Shown here piece after piece: positions 11,742-21,648 of a DNA stretch of 64,000 nucleotides (positions are counted from its first letter, which is position 1; every line of letters begins with the position of its first letter). Source of the stretch: a virus; the IMG/VR virus record IMGVR_UViG_3300037141_000279, positions 32,296-96,295 of that record; one strand, given 5' to 3'. A model generated the notes under the pieces. The model searched no databases. It saw only the letters and a program-made list of their open reading frames with translations, and was not told where the DNA came from. Made by a program: the position numbers and the translations under genes.

Positions 11742-12605
11742 TTACTGATACAGCGGGATGTGGTACGTCGCGCCGTTCACGGACACCACCAAGTACGACG
11801 TGGTGATTGTGCCGAGCCCAGCACCTGAGTGCTGGAAGAAATGCTGTCCGCCTGCCGCCAAATCCGTCACGTCGAACAAGTTCGTGGCGTTGGCTGTGGC
11901 CTGGAACAACGAGTTGATAACCGCAGCCGTTGTGTTGGTGACGGTAATCGCGTTGATGTGTGTCGAAGCGGCGATGATGGCTGCCGATGCGGTTGCGCCC
12001 ATGTCGATCCACAAACCTTGCAGCGGAGACGTTACAGCAACAGCAGCGGACAGGTCAAGTTGACCCTGCAGAGCTGCCGAGTACTCGCCGTTCGTGGTGG
12101 CGAGAGTGCCGCGCACGATGATCTTGCCCTGCACGCCGTACAGGTAACCCTTGATGATGCTGGTTGCAACAGTCACCGTCGGATCAACGCCCGCAGTGCC
12201 TGTTCCGGCAGTAGCGCCCGTGTAAGTGCCACCAATCGTGATCGCGCCGCGCACCGAAGCGATGCTGGCAGCCGCCGCGTTCGTCGGAGCCCCGAGAGGA
12301 AATGGGTTCGTCTGAATCGAGACGCCCGTTTCATGAGGATAGTTGAACAAAATTTCAGAGTCGATGGGGCGAATGTTCCCAGGAACAAACGCTGCGCCGA
12401 AAGCCGTGTATGCGCCAACACTGAACGGCACATTGGGATGAGACCCAGGAGTGCTGTTAGGTCCAACAACAGAAGCCACGCCGTTTTCGCCGCCTTCATG
12501 CGCGAAGGATGACACGTTTCCGCGTTCGTACAGTACTGCGTCGCGAACATGCAGAGGACGAAAGTTCGCATTGGAATAAATCTGGTTCTGGGTTCCTGTT
12601 GACAT
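11742..12605 (-). CDS. Virion structural / fiber-like protein
   Basis: A/T/G rich; C-terminal YLVVSVNGATYHIPLYQ is typical of phage fiber ends. Confidence 0.6.
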   Translation of the reverse strand: MSTGTQNQIYSNANFRPLHVRDAVLYERGNVSSFAHEGGENGVASVVGPNSTPGSHPNVPFSVGAYTAFGAAFVPGNIRPIDSEILFNYPHETGVSIQTNPFPLGAPTNAAAASIASVRGAITIGGTYTGATAGTGTAGVDPTVTVATSIIKGYLYGVQGKIIVRGTLATTNGEYSAALQGQLDLSAAVAVTSPLQGLWIDMGATASAAIIAASTHINAITVTNTTAAVINSLFQATANATNLFDVTDLAAGGQHFFQHSGAGLGTITTSYLVVSVNGATYHIPLYQ

Positions 12606-12620
12606 TGCCGTAACCGCCTT

Positions 12621-13832
12621 TTATAGTAAGAACCAATCGTATTCTTGAGCCACGGGGGTTGCAGCCACCAGTGACGAGTTTGCGTACCGCACGCGAATGA
12701 TCGCGGCGCGCCCTTGCGAAGTCCATGTGACGCTGCCGTCGATGGTTGTTGCGCCCTTCGCGAAATTGAAAGCCTTGATCCCGATGAAGGTCGAGGCAGT
12801 GGTTCCTGCCACGGTCGCCTTGTAGAGATATCCGTTCAAAACGATGTACGCGGCGGGAGTATAGTCCGCCACAACAGCCTGCGATGTTCCTGGGTACACA
12901 GGAGCGTTGCAATCGCATCCGTCGATGGTGATTCCTGGTGTTTCGGTCACGCCATTCGGTCGGGCAAATTGAACTGACTTCTGAGCCTTCCACTGCGCGC
13001 CTGTGTTCGGAACCACGACGACGTAATCTGCCGTGCCATTTGCGGGCACGATAGGGAGCGGGTTCTGAATGCCAGCAACCAACCCGCCGAGTGGGTTTGT
13101 GATGACCATTGCCGCTGCGATTGTGACCGCACCGTTGCCGCTGCCGACTGCCAGCGCGCGTCCGACGAGAGTGCCGCCACCCAAAGTGATCGAGGTGACT
13201 GCCAAAATTGTTCCGACCATGTTCGATGTCGCCACCGAGGTGAACGAGGAACCAACCAGCCAGATGACAGTGGTGTTGGCCGCAGTTGCGCCGCCTGAGA
13301 ACGTGACGGACTGACCTGACGCCAAATTGATTGTCGAGGAGCCCTTGAAAATATATACACCTGGGCCATTCAAAACAAGCCCAGCAGAGCAGGTGGCCGC
13401 GCCGAAGGAATAATTCCCTGGCACGACGATGTTGGAACCAGTGAACGCGGTAGATAAATCCAGCGCGCCGCCCAAAGATGTGAAACTCAAAGCCGCATAC
13501 GCCGTATACGCAGCAAGGCCATCGATGCGAGCCTGAGCCGCACCAGCGTTGTCAATGACGTACGGAGGGATGATTTGACCAGCGCCACCGTCAGACTGAA
13601 AGATTCCTGTGATGGACGCAGTCGGGAACGATCCGACGTTGCCGCCGTTAATCGTGGACGAGCCTGTGTTGGTCACGCCGCTGTATGCCAGAAGAGCATA
13701 CTTGCCCGCCGCGCCAAGGGCTGCGGGGGATGCGGGGAGAGTGCCGAAGTCGGCGGGGTTCACTTGGAAATATGCCCCAGGCACGTTGGTGCCGCGATAG
13801 CTTGACGTGTAACCTTTAGACGATGTGGTCAT
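12621..13832 (-). CDS. Probable virion protein with DUF3494 ice-binding-like domain
   Basis: YALLAYSGVTNTGSSTING-NVG, AAQARID, PGNY, GVYIFK, GGATAAN-VIWLVGSS, GTILAVTSITL, GRALA. Confidence 0.85.
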   Translation of the reverse strand: MTTSSKGYTSSYRGTNVPGAYFQVNPADFGTLPASPAALGAAGKYALLAYSGVTNTGSSTINGGNVGSFPTASITGIFQSDGGAGQIIPPYVIDNAGAAQARIDGLAAYTAYAALSFTSLGGALDLSTAFTGSNIVVPGNYSFGAATCSAGLVLNGPGVYIFKGSSTINLASGQSVTFSGGATAANTTVIWLVGSSFTSVATSNMVGTILAVTSITLGGGTLVGRALAVGSGNGAVTIAAAMVITNPLGGLVAGIQNPLPIVPANGTADYVVVVPNTGAQWKAQKSVQFARPNGVTETPGITIDGCDCNAPVYPGTSQAVVADYTPAAYIVLNGYLYKATVAGTTASTFIGIKAFNFAKGATTIDGSVTWTSQGRAAIIRVRYANSSLVAATPVAQEYDWFLL

Positions 13833-14092
13833 GATATTTTTCCTCTAACCATCGGGAACCGATGGGACGCCCGCAAATTTGCTGGGCTTCACTTATGGTT
13901 TGGAAAGTCAACTTTCTGTTCGGGCCAGTATCCATACATCAGCGCAAACGCTCGGCATGAATAACAAACACCGATGAACTTTTCTTTCTCGGCCTTCAAT
14001 TCCTTCTTGCAGTGAGGACAGGTTTTCATAAAATGAAAAACCCCCAGGTGCATCTTGCTCCTGGGGGTCGTCAATGTCAAGTTTTTTTTCGT

Positions 14093-14605
14093 TTAGGCCA
14101 CAGATTCAAGCTGCAGCACGATTCGGTAGTCCTTGTGCGCCTCGACCAAGTACGCCTTGCCGCGAGGATTCTTGTCGTCCATGACACCGATGCGCCATTC
14201 GCGCGGGTGAATCCAGTCATGACAGACCACGCAAATGCCGCGCGGCTGATGATCGGGCTGGTTATGCACGAGATTGATGGAACTGCGCCCGTTCTTGTCC
14301 TGGTGCGGGCACGCGGCGCGCCGTGCGGCGGTGATGCGCGCGATCTCGGCTTCGTCCTGCTTAGATTTCAGGGATTCGCGATCTTCACGCAGGATGCGCG
14401 CAAGAAATTTCGGGTCCGCATCTACGCGGGTTGCTTCACGAAACTTCTCAGGCGTAAACGCCATATCTTTGAAAGCAGGCATGAGACCTGCCAGCAATGC
14501 GCCGACGGCGTCTTGGACGGCTTTGGCTGTGGTGGTATTGATGATTGCCAGGGCTTCTGGCGATAGTGCACTGCTTCTGTTATTGTCGTGCTCGTTTCCT
14601 GCCAT
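14093..14605 (-). CDS. Hypothetical protein with Cys/His cluster
   Basis: SD GGAG; CPH...CVVC; late motif upstream. Confidence 0.65.
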   Translation of the reverse strand: MAGNEHDNNRSSALSPEALAIINTTTAKAVQDAVGALLAGLMPAFKDMAFTPEKFREATRVDADPKFLARILREDRESLKSKQDEAEIARITAARRAACPHQDKNGRSSINLVHNQPDHQPRGICVVCHDWIHPREWRIGVMDDKNPRGKAYLVEAHKDYRIVLQLESVA

Positions 14606-14681
14606 GATGATGCTCCTCTGAATGCTTGCGTGCTGGATGCCCTTCACTCATGGTTTGATTAGTCAGTTTTGTAACAAGATT

Positions 14682-15278
14682 TCAGCAGTCTCCGATGACG
14701 TTCGCCAGATTCCGATGCACGATCCCGTCGCCGCCGTAGCGGAAATCCGCAGTGATTTCGCACCATCGCTGCTCGTTCCACGAATCGTTCGGTTCGCCGA
14801 AGTTCGCGACCACTTGATCCCAGGTCAGCGCACCCTTCATCAGACAGTAAACCAAGACTGTCCGCCAGCCGCGCCGTTCTTCGGTCGGCAGATCGCGGTC
14901 ATCCACGAACGCGTAACTAAACTCTGTGAGCCAGTCCTTCGGCAGACCTGTCAGAAATTGAATGCGCCCGAGCGCGGTTGCGTATAGTCCCCAATCCTCG
15001 GGAAAATTATACTGGGACTGCACTGCGATATGCGGGTTCAGTTGCTGCAGGCGGTAGATCAAATCTGACGAGTGCATCACCACACCCTTGCGCCGCGAAA
15101 AATCCTTGAACCAAGAATGATCGGATTGGCGGTACATGGTGAGCATCGGCTCAACTTTTTCGGCGATATATCGTTCGCGTGCTTCTTCCCATGGCTCAAA
15201 GTCACTTGGCTTGGATGTCCGAATGCGCTCCCAGTTTTTCTGAGCGAAGTGTTCCGCCGAAAATAGATCGAGCGGCAT
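14682..15278 (-). CDS. Hypothetical protein
   Basis: 198 aa; TGATG coupling to the upstream small ORF. Confidence 0.65.
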   Translation of the reverse strand: MPLDLFSAEHFAQKNWERIRTSKPSDFEPWEEARERYIAEKVEPMLTMYRQSDHSWFKDFSRRKGVVMHSSDLIYRLQQLNPHIAVQSQYNFPEDWGLYATALGRIQFLTGLPKDWLTEFSYAFVDDRDLPTEERRGWRTVLVYCLMKGALTWDQVVANFGEPNDSWNEQRWCEITADFRYGGDGIVHRNLANVIGDC

Positions 15279-16092
15279 CACGCCCCCTTGATCTGCTGAA
15301 TTAGATGCACCCAATTGTTGATCGCCTGAGATTGTTCCCGACCTGCCCCGCAACTACACGGTATAGATGGAGCAATCTTCGGGCATCCCATTTTATGCCC
15401 GAGCACCCGCACCAATTCACTGCCCACTACAATCAGTGTTTCTTCACGAGCGGTCATTTACGGAACCTCCAGATGGTGTACCAGCGATGAACAAACCCCG
15501 CGACGATCATCACAATAAGATAAGCCACGACCCACTTTTTCACCATTTGACACTCGCTTCAGCAAGAAATTTTTCATCATCTGGCGTCAATCTAAATATG
15601 GTAGAGGATTTCACGAGCGGGGCGGGGTGGGATGGTTTAGAAGTAGCCACGTCGTCGTAATTCGCGGACAAGGTAATACCATTCTCCGTCCAACTTGCGC
15701 AATCCATCGGATGATGGACGGTGTTGTGGGTGTTGACGCGACCAGCAAGACCAAGGAGAGTCTCGCCGTGCAGAAAGATGCCGCAGTGCGTGCAATAGTA
15801 TCTATGGTTTGAGGCTGCCATTATCGCGCTGCTCCGCGCAAACAAAAACGACGTAGGATTTTCGTACTTCACTGCTTTTCAAACATTCAAAACATGTGGT
15901 CTCGTCATGGTCAGAGACTCGGGTCCCCAGTGGATACAAATGGGTCATGATGTGACCTCTCTCGCACTTAAAGGTGAACCTCCATCGCGTCGCTGCCATG
16001 GCTCCACCTCCTGGTCCCAGAAAAAGTATGTCGGCGTATTTCTTGATTGGCCCCAATTCAATGATGAGCCTTGGCGCGCCGACCTCGCACAA
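15278..16092 (-). CDS. Run of small coupled hypothetical ORFs (15278-15457, 15454-15546, 15540-15872, 15802-16092), several Cys/His rich
   Basis: Overlapping stop/start codons; starts uncertain. Confidence 0.45.
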
Positions 16093-16101
16093 ATTTGTCC
16101 T

Positions 16102-16710
16102 TCAATGTTGTTTCAAAAGTCTTATTCTAATTTTCTGTTTTGTCTTTTCAGACACAGCATGCCCCATCAAAGCGGCGCTGATTTTTCGTTTTGTCTCTTC
16201 CGAACGCTTAGTGCCTGTCAGCCTAACCTTCATTCCCCATCTCGTCGCATCAGAGTGTTTTCGCCCCACGCCAGCCTTGCTAATTTTCTCTCTGGTTTCA
16301 GGAGACGCTTTCTTTCCTTTTCGGTTATGATTACCTAAAGCGGAAATTCGCATTTTTTCTCGGGCGGCAAGAGTCATCTTTTTTCCTTTATTCCACGGGA
16401 CGCCCGTATGCCCTTCGCCACCCCGACAAATGTTGTAACCAACTTCGGGATTCTGGGTATTCAACGATTTAATCAGCAATCGTTCCCAGTAGTCGCAGTC
16501 TTCTTTAGTCTGCAAGTCCGAAAACAGTGGATAAATACTCCACACACCGTGAGGATGAATTCTCATAGATGCGTAAAGATGCGACCGAGTTGAAATCCCT
16601 CTCTTCGCTTCGTACATCTTCTGCTGCAAGTACTGCCGCAGGTTGGTGCCTTTGTGCTGCCCAACATAAATCTTTAGAGTCTCGCTGTTGACAATCACAT
16701 AGACGAACAT
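16102..16710 (-). CDS. GIY-YIG homing endonuclease, NUMOD3
   Basis: Close paralog of 8484 and 60063 (ETLKIYxGQHKG, PEVGYNICxGGEG). Confidence 0.9.
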   Translation of the reverse strand: MFVYVIVNSETLKIYVGQHKGTNLRQYLQQKMYEAKRGISTRSHLYASMRIHPHGVWSIYPLFSDLQTKEDCDYWERLLIKSLNTQNPEVGYNICRGGEGHTGVPWNKGKKMTLAAREKMRISALGNHNRKGKKASPETREKISKAGVGRKHSDATRWGMKVRLTGTKRSEETKRKISAALMGHAVSEKTKQKIRIRLLKQH

Positions 16711-16755
16711 GATTTATTCTCCCACTTATGGAGAGAAAAGTCAACTTTTAAGTCA

Positions 16756-17238
16756 CTACGAATTTATTCGGTTCAACCACCCTTTCAAAAACTCTCGATT
16801 GGTAGGAGTCGCGTTTGCAATATTCAATGCGTGGGCTCGCAAATGAGTTCGATACTGTTCAAGAAAATTTGCCGACGTTCCATCCATTGCGTTCGTCGCC
16901 AGCAACGACTGTGCGTCAAATACCTTCGTCCAGAAAGAAGGCGCAAAATTCAACGCGCGCTGCAAAAGGTATGCCGCCTCCCCAATCCCGAAGAGAACTC
17001 CCATATCGAAAAGTTTGGTCGCCACGGCTTGCGAAGCGATTTGCGCGTACAAGGGTTTCCAGTAATGTTCGCGATAATAATTCGTCGCCTCAATGACAGA
17101 CAACATGGCGATGTCCGCCCCGGGCATGTCCGCATGCGTGATCCCGTATTTGGTCTCTCCGCCTGAGTCATTTGGGTTGTTGACGTATCCTCCCTCGTAC
17201 TGCAGGGTGATTGCAACCGCTAGGTTAAAATCTGCCAT
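16756..17238 (-). CDS. Endolysin, glycoside hydrolase family 108
   Basis: EGGYVNNPNDSGGETKYGI; FLKGWLNR. Confidence 0.9.
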   Translation of the reverse strand: MADFNLAVAITLQYEGGYVNNPNDSGGETKYGITHADMPGADIAMLSVIEATNYYREHYWKPLYAQIASQAVATKLFDMGVLFGIGEAAYLLQRALNFAPSFWTKVFDAQSLLATNAMDGTSANFLEQYRTHLRAHALNIANATPTNREFLKGWLNRINS

Positions 17239-17256
17239 TTCAATTCTCCCAAACTA

Positions 17257-17286
17257 ATAGTACCAAAGTACCAGTTGCGCTGTCAA
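17257..17286 (-). promoter_or_regulatory. Sigma70-type promoter with tandem TGGTACT repeat
   Basis: TTGACA-18-TACTAT; TGGTACTTTGGTACTAT shared with the promoter at 35874. Confidence 0.6.
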
Positions 17287-17487
17287 GACTTTTCTGATAT
17301 TCTTTCTGCATGTCCGAATCTTCATACAAAGAAGCCGCCGAAAAAGGATGGACTCAGCCGCATGTTTGCGAAATCTGCGGCGCGGAATGGGAGTGCATGT
17401 ACTCATTCTGCTGGGAGCCGTTCACCACAACCTGCGCTGCGTGCAAGTGCGGCCCCCTAGTCTGCGGCTTCAAAGAACCGTTCAGTC

Positions 17488-18818
17488 TTACTTGAGCCTG
17501 TTCTTTTTTCGGTACTCCCGCACCGTAGCCACATAATGGTCCGCACATCTCTTAGTCGGAAAATGCGCGACGTAGTCCACCATCTGCGCGCACCATTCTT
17601 CCCCATGATACGCAGTGATGTCTTCCCAAATCTCATACAGTGCGTGCGGCATTAAGACCCTCCAGTCGGACAGTGATAACCAGATTGCCGCCCATGCGCT
17701 CGACCGAATAGTAGTTGGCGAGGTTGAGTGCAACCGTGCCCATCTTTGCACGCAGGTCTTTCTCGAATTGATTCACTGCGTCGGTGATAACTCTCTCTTT
17801 CAAGTTCGTCACATGTTTGGCGATATCAGCGTGAAAATCCCGCATTAGACGATCTTCAAACGTGCCTTGGGGCACTGCGACTACTGGTATCATCGGCTGT
17901 TCCAATTCTCGCGCACAAACGACACCACCCAGACTGCGACGCCAACCATCAGAATTGAGAACCCGATCTTCATAATCAAATCACCAGTCGTTTCCATATT
18001 TCCTCCCGTCGATTATTCCTGAGACGACATTTCCTGTTCCATTGCTGCCGTTCGACCTTGATTGCGAGCATGTTGAACCATCGTCTTCCCTGCTTCGGCA
18101 TCCACACCATGCATCGCACGATATCCTGCGAACGTGAACACAAAGCGCGCCGTGCGCCCTTGGGGAGCCAGTTCAACGTATTTGAATTCCCACCAGGGAT
18201 AAAGTTCATCCAGGCGCGTGGCCGTCTGCATTAGGATATCATCGATGCCGTCGGGGTTGAACCCCTGCTTTGGTCCCGCGTGCTGAACGAAAGTTTTCGT
18301 TGGAAAGATCGCATCGGGATACACGATCTTGACCGTCACCTTGCGGAACAATCGGTTCCCAGCTTTATCTTTCATCATTGAAAACATCCTCCACTGTTTG
18401 GATGATGATGGTCTCATCCTGTATCTGGGCGATCTGTTCAAACGTCACTTCACCTGATGGGTACCGCTGGCAGAACACACAATCTTCTGCCCGAGCCTTG
18501 CCGTGCTGGCATGGGTCGCACTCGCAGTGATCGCACATACACGCGTCGCAGGTGATGCAGACGCCTACAATGTGTCGGCAGAAATCGCAGTCAGGGTCTC
18601 TCATGTTAAACCTTTTCGGCCAGAGCAGCACCCAACTTCACTTGCAGGGCGTCATACTGCGCCAACAGAAAACGCTGGTCGCCTGGGGTGACGGCGAGGT
18701 TCGCGCCGAGGTTCCCACGGATCGCCTTGAAAATTTCTTCCAGCGTGCGTGTCTCTTTTACTACACGCTGGCTGTTCTTGACCGCGCGGGCTGCCTGTTC
18801 GCTAACTGAGTGAGCCAT
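17488..18818 (-). CDS. Run of small hypothetical ORFs (17488-17652, 17633-17905, 18013-18378, 18365-18604, 18606-18818)
   Basis: Tightly packed, several with SDs; downstream of the promoter at 18899-18927. Confidence 0.5.
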
Positions 18819-18898
18819 ATATTCTCCTAGCAGATTGAATTTTAAGGAAGCGACGGATTGTCTGCTCACAACCCGTCGCCATATCGCTGTCAGATTGC

Positions 18899-18927
18899 AT
18901 CTTGCCAGAATCTCAACCCAATGTCAA
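18899..18927 (-). promoter_or_regulatory. Sigma70-type promoter
   Basis: TTGACA-17-CAAGAT with upstream A-tract. Confidence 0.55.
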
Positions 18928-18938
18928 GTCTTTTCTTT

Positions 18939-19363
18939 GGGAATTATATAGTTGACTACCTTGATCCAACGTTCCGCAACGCAACCAAGGATATTTCTCT
19001 AAGGGACTCCCCTGCATTGTGTTCGCAAAAATTGTGGCGACTCACAATCCATTCGGCCCACTCTTCTACAGAGGGGTTTCCAACCAAAGTCTTCCGTAAC
19101 TCATCGGTCGGCATTCCATCAATCAGATAACGAACCATTTCTTCGGCTTGCGTAGCGTCGAACAAATTAGTCCCTACGGGTTCGTGCTTCATCGGATAAG
19201 CCGTATGCTCGTTGAAGTTTGGTTTGAAGCTAATTCCTGCATCGGGGTTGAAGTTTTCAGGTAGCCTCCATTCAAGGAAACGATCTACCATGTACTTAAT
19301 TTGTTCATCGTTCATCTGGCATATCTCCTTTATTTTCATGTGGGAGTTATCTATATAATTCCC
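18939..19363. mobile_element. Non-autonomous TIR cassette 1 (IS1595-like ends), 425 bp, one passenger gene
   Basis: TIRs GGGAATTATATAGTTGACTACC (18939-18960) and GGGAGTTATCTATATAATTCCC (19342-19363); direct repeat TTTTCTTT at 18931-18938 and 19364-19371. Confidence 0.8.
18956..19315 (-). CDS. Cassette 1 passenger, hypothetical protein
   Basis: AAGGAG SD just inside the TIR; MNDEQIKYMVDRFLEWRLPENFNPD; stop TAG lies in the other TIR. Confidence 0.75.
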   Translation of the reverse strand: MNDEQIKYMVDRFLEWRLPENFNPDAGISFKPNFNEHTAYPMKHEPVGTNLFDATQAEEMVRYLIDGMPTDELRKTLVGNPSVEEWAEWIVSRHNFCEHNAGESLREISLVALRNVGSR

Positions 19364-19370
19364 TTTTCTT

Positions 19371-19706
19371 TTATGGTGTTGGAATAATCGCAGAGACTTC
19401 ATTCGAAAATGCAGACTCTGCCGTGCTGTTTACGGCAGTCACTACGTAGAAGTAAGTCACCCCTGCGATATCATTTTTGTCTGCAAATGAAGTCGCAGTC
19501 GATGAGCCGATCTTGGTGTATGGGCCGCCGTGGGTTCCCGAAACATACACGTTGTAGGAGGTGGCACCTGTCGATGCAGTCCAGGTAAGCGTGACCACAT
19601 GACCCACCACCACCACATAGGTTTTTGATGCTTTATCCTGTGCCCTCGCGCCGACAGCCGAAGCCATCAGCGCGAGAGCCAGGACGAATGTGCGAAGCCA
19701 CTTCAC
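19371..19706 (-). CDS. Secreted fibronectin type III domain protein
   Basis: Signal peptide; VTLTWTAS...YNVY...YFYVVTAVN...ESAFSNEV. Confidence 0.85.
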   Translation of the reverse strand: MKWLRTFVLALALMASAVGARAQDKASKTYVVVVGHVVTLTWTASTGATSYNVYVSGTHGGPYTKIGSSTATSFADKNDIAGVTYFYVVTAVNSTAESAFSNEVSAIIPTP

Positions 19707-20371
19707 GAACGATTGCCTCTCACGAAGAGAGAAGCAACTTCAATTCGTGCCTTGATTTCCATCTTGACGATGTTTGTCGCAGAATCAGTGACTGTAATCG
19801 TAAACGTGAACGACCCCGCCGCCGCTGGTGTACCAGAGATCACACCTGTGGAAGACAACGTGAGGCCTGTCGGCAACGATCCGGTAGTGACTGCGAACGT
19901 ATATGGAGTCACACCGCCTGTGGCAACAAGGCTTGTCGTGTAGTTCACGCCAATATTAGCCGCGGGCAGAGATGAAGTTGAAACGGAAAGCGTTGGAATC
20001 ACAGTCACAGTGTACGCCTGTGAAGCAGCGACCGTAGGCGTTTCTGCGTCTGCAACGTGAATTGTGAATGTGCCGGAACCTGCAGTCGTCGGTGTACCTG
20101 AAATCACACCAGTGCTTGCCGCAAGCGTGAGTCCCGCAGGAAGGGTGCCTGCCGCCACAGAAAACGTATAAGGTGCAAGTCCACCAGCGGCGCTGACTGT
20201 AGTTTGATAAACAAGACCAACCATCCCACCAGGAATACTTGTCGGTGTGATTACCACCGCACCTGCGTTGACGGTCAGCGTGAGTGATTTGGTTGCTTTA
20301 TCCTGAGCCCGAGACAGCCCAGGAAGAAACAACATGAACACCAATGCAAAAAGAATCTTACGAATTCTCAT
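19703..20371 (-). CDS. Secreted protein with two putative Ig (He_PIG-like) domains
   Basis: Signal peptide; 2x GGxxPYTF...GxLPxGLTL...GVISGTP. Confidence 0.85.
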   Translation of the reverse strand: MRIRKILFALVFMLFLPGLSRAQDKATKSLTLTVNAGAVVITPTSIPGGMVGLVYQTTVSAAGGLAPYTFSVAAGTLPAGLTLAASTGVISGTPTTAGSGTFTIHVADAETPTVAASQAYTVTVIPTLSVSTSSLPAANIGVNYTTSLVATGGVTPYTFAVTTGSLPTGLTLSSTGVISGTPAAAGSFTFTITVTDSATNIVKMEIKARIEVASLFVRGNRS

Positions 20372-20705
20372 CTGTCTTTCCTCCTATTTGAATGTCAGCC
20401 GAGGACGCAGCCGAGTCGATTACTTGAATTGTAAAACTAAACGAGCCCGAACTACTTGGAATGCCTGAGACCACACCAGAAGAACTCAAGGTGAGACCAG
20501 CCGGAAGACCTCCAATCACAACACTCCATATGTATGGTGCCGTCCCTCCAGTCGCCGTGAATTGTTGAGCGTACACCTCTCCAACTGTTGCGGCTGGAAG
20601 ATTAACAGTGATCGTCAACACTGGCGGGGGTGGCGCAGGCGTTGGTGACGTACACCCCGCCAGCATCACCACAAACAACAGAGCCAACAGATAAACAAAT
20701 CGCAT
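20358..20705 (-). CDS. Lipoprotein with putative Ig domain
   Basis: Lipobox LAGC; GGTAPYIW...LPAGLTLSSSGVVSG. Confidence 0.85.
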   Translation of the reverse strand: MRFVYLLALLFVVMLAGCTSPTPAPPPPVLTITVNLPAATVGEVYAQQFTATGGTAPYIWSVVIGGLPAGLTLSSSGVVSGIPSSSGSFSFTIQVIDSAASSADIQIGGKTDENS

Positions 20706-20725
20706 TGATATCTCCCTCGCCCAAC

Positions 20726-20754
20726 ACTCTAATCTGCGTTCAACTCAATGTCAA
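20726..20754 (-). promoter_or_regulatory. Sigma70-type promoter
   Basis: TTGACA-17-TAGAGT with upstream A8 tract. Confidence 0.55.
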
Positions 20755-20765
20755 GGATTTTTTTT

Positions 20766-21230
20766 GGGAATTATATAGTTAACTCCCTCGCTCTTAGGCC
20801 AGCGTGAAGTCAACATAGTATTCTTTGCCTTGCTCGAATTGAGCTAAAGCTGCGTCGTTGAGTACATTTAAGTTGAGGTTTCCGCCCGGAGTAGATGCGA
20901 AGAATTTCTTATTCTCCTCGCTGCCGGAGTAAACCGGATACAAGTACACTGTTTTGTTCTTTTCATCCTTGAAACTGCATACCATTTTTGCTCGAACTGA
21001 CATTTGGTGCTCCTTTTGCAAGGCCATTCGTGCGGCCTCGACAAGCTTAACGAGCGCATCAGAACGCTCCCTAATCTCTTCTGCTGTGGGATCATCATGG
21101 CGAGGCCCGAGACGAATATGCTCGATGCAATCACAACGCCTGTCTATAACCTGACCGTCGCCAACCCATTTATTTTCATCATTGAGGACTTTCATCGCTT
21201 CTCCTTAAGGGAGTTAACTATATAATTCCC
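20766..21230. mobile_element. Non-autonomous TIR cassette 2 (IS1595-like ends), 465 bp
   Basis: Perfect 22-bp TIRs GGGAATTATATAGTTAACTCCC (20766-20787) and its reverse complement (21209-21230); T8 on both flanks. Confidence 0.8.
20794..21195 (-). CDS. Cassette 2 passenger(s), hypothetical; second in-frame start at 21003
   Basis: AAGGAG SD before 21195 and again before MSVRAKMVC at 21003. Confidence 0.7.
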   Translation of the reverse strand: MKVLNDENKWVGDGQVIDRRCDCIEHIRLGPRHDDPTAEEIRERSDALVKLVEAARMALQKEHQMSVRAKMVCSFKDEKNKTVYLYPVYSGSEENKKFFASTPGGNLNLNVLNDAALAQFEQGKEYYVDFTLA

Positions 21231-21648
21231 TTTTTTTTTCATATTTCTCAAACCAGAACACTATCGGAATTTTTACCTCAACAACCAAACCAAATCTCTC
21301 TGCGTGCCGAAAAGCAGAATAGTTTCGCCGACATACGTCTACCCGCCTCTGCATCTGCTGTCGCCATGATTCAAGCGGAGATGCATGTTTGTCTATATTG
21401 CACGCTCGACAAGATGGAAAGAGATTGTCTAACCTATCGTTCTCTGGTCGCTCGAAGCCCGCCACCGAGCCAGGATGTCTCAAAAGCCATTCCGCAGTCT
21501 TCCACCACTCCCGATGGACAGGATCAACATGGTCTGCGTGCCACCCTTTTTCGGGAAGTTCACAACCACAATATGCACACTTCCCTCCAAACTTCAAACG
21601 TAAAACAGAGCGTTGTGTTTTATTTAATGTCATTTCTTTTTTGACCAA
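21214..21648 (-). CDS. HNH endonuclease
   Basis: CAYCG...WHADHVDP...NLFPSCRACNIDK; stop codon lies in the cassette 2 TIR. Confidence 0.9.
   Translation of the reverse strand: MVKKEMTLNKTQRSVLRLKFGGKCAYCGCELPEKGWHADHVDPVHREWWKTAEWLLRHPGSVAGFERPENDRLDNLFPSCRACNIDKHASPLESWRQQMQRRVDVCRRNYSAFRHAERFGLVVEVKIPIVFWFEKYEKKRELYS

Noticed and set aside
17310-17495. Cys-rich plus-strand ORF in an intergenic gap
   Set aside because: Could be real, but there is no SD or family motif to support it.
18939-21230. CRISPR array or integron attC array
   Set aside because: Only four repeats, in alternating orientation and 0.4-1.4 kb apart; no cas or integrase gene.
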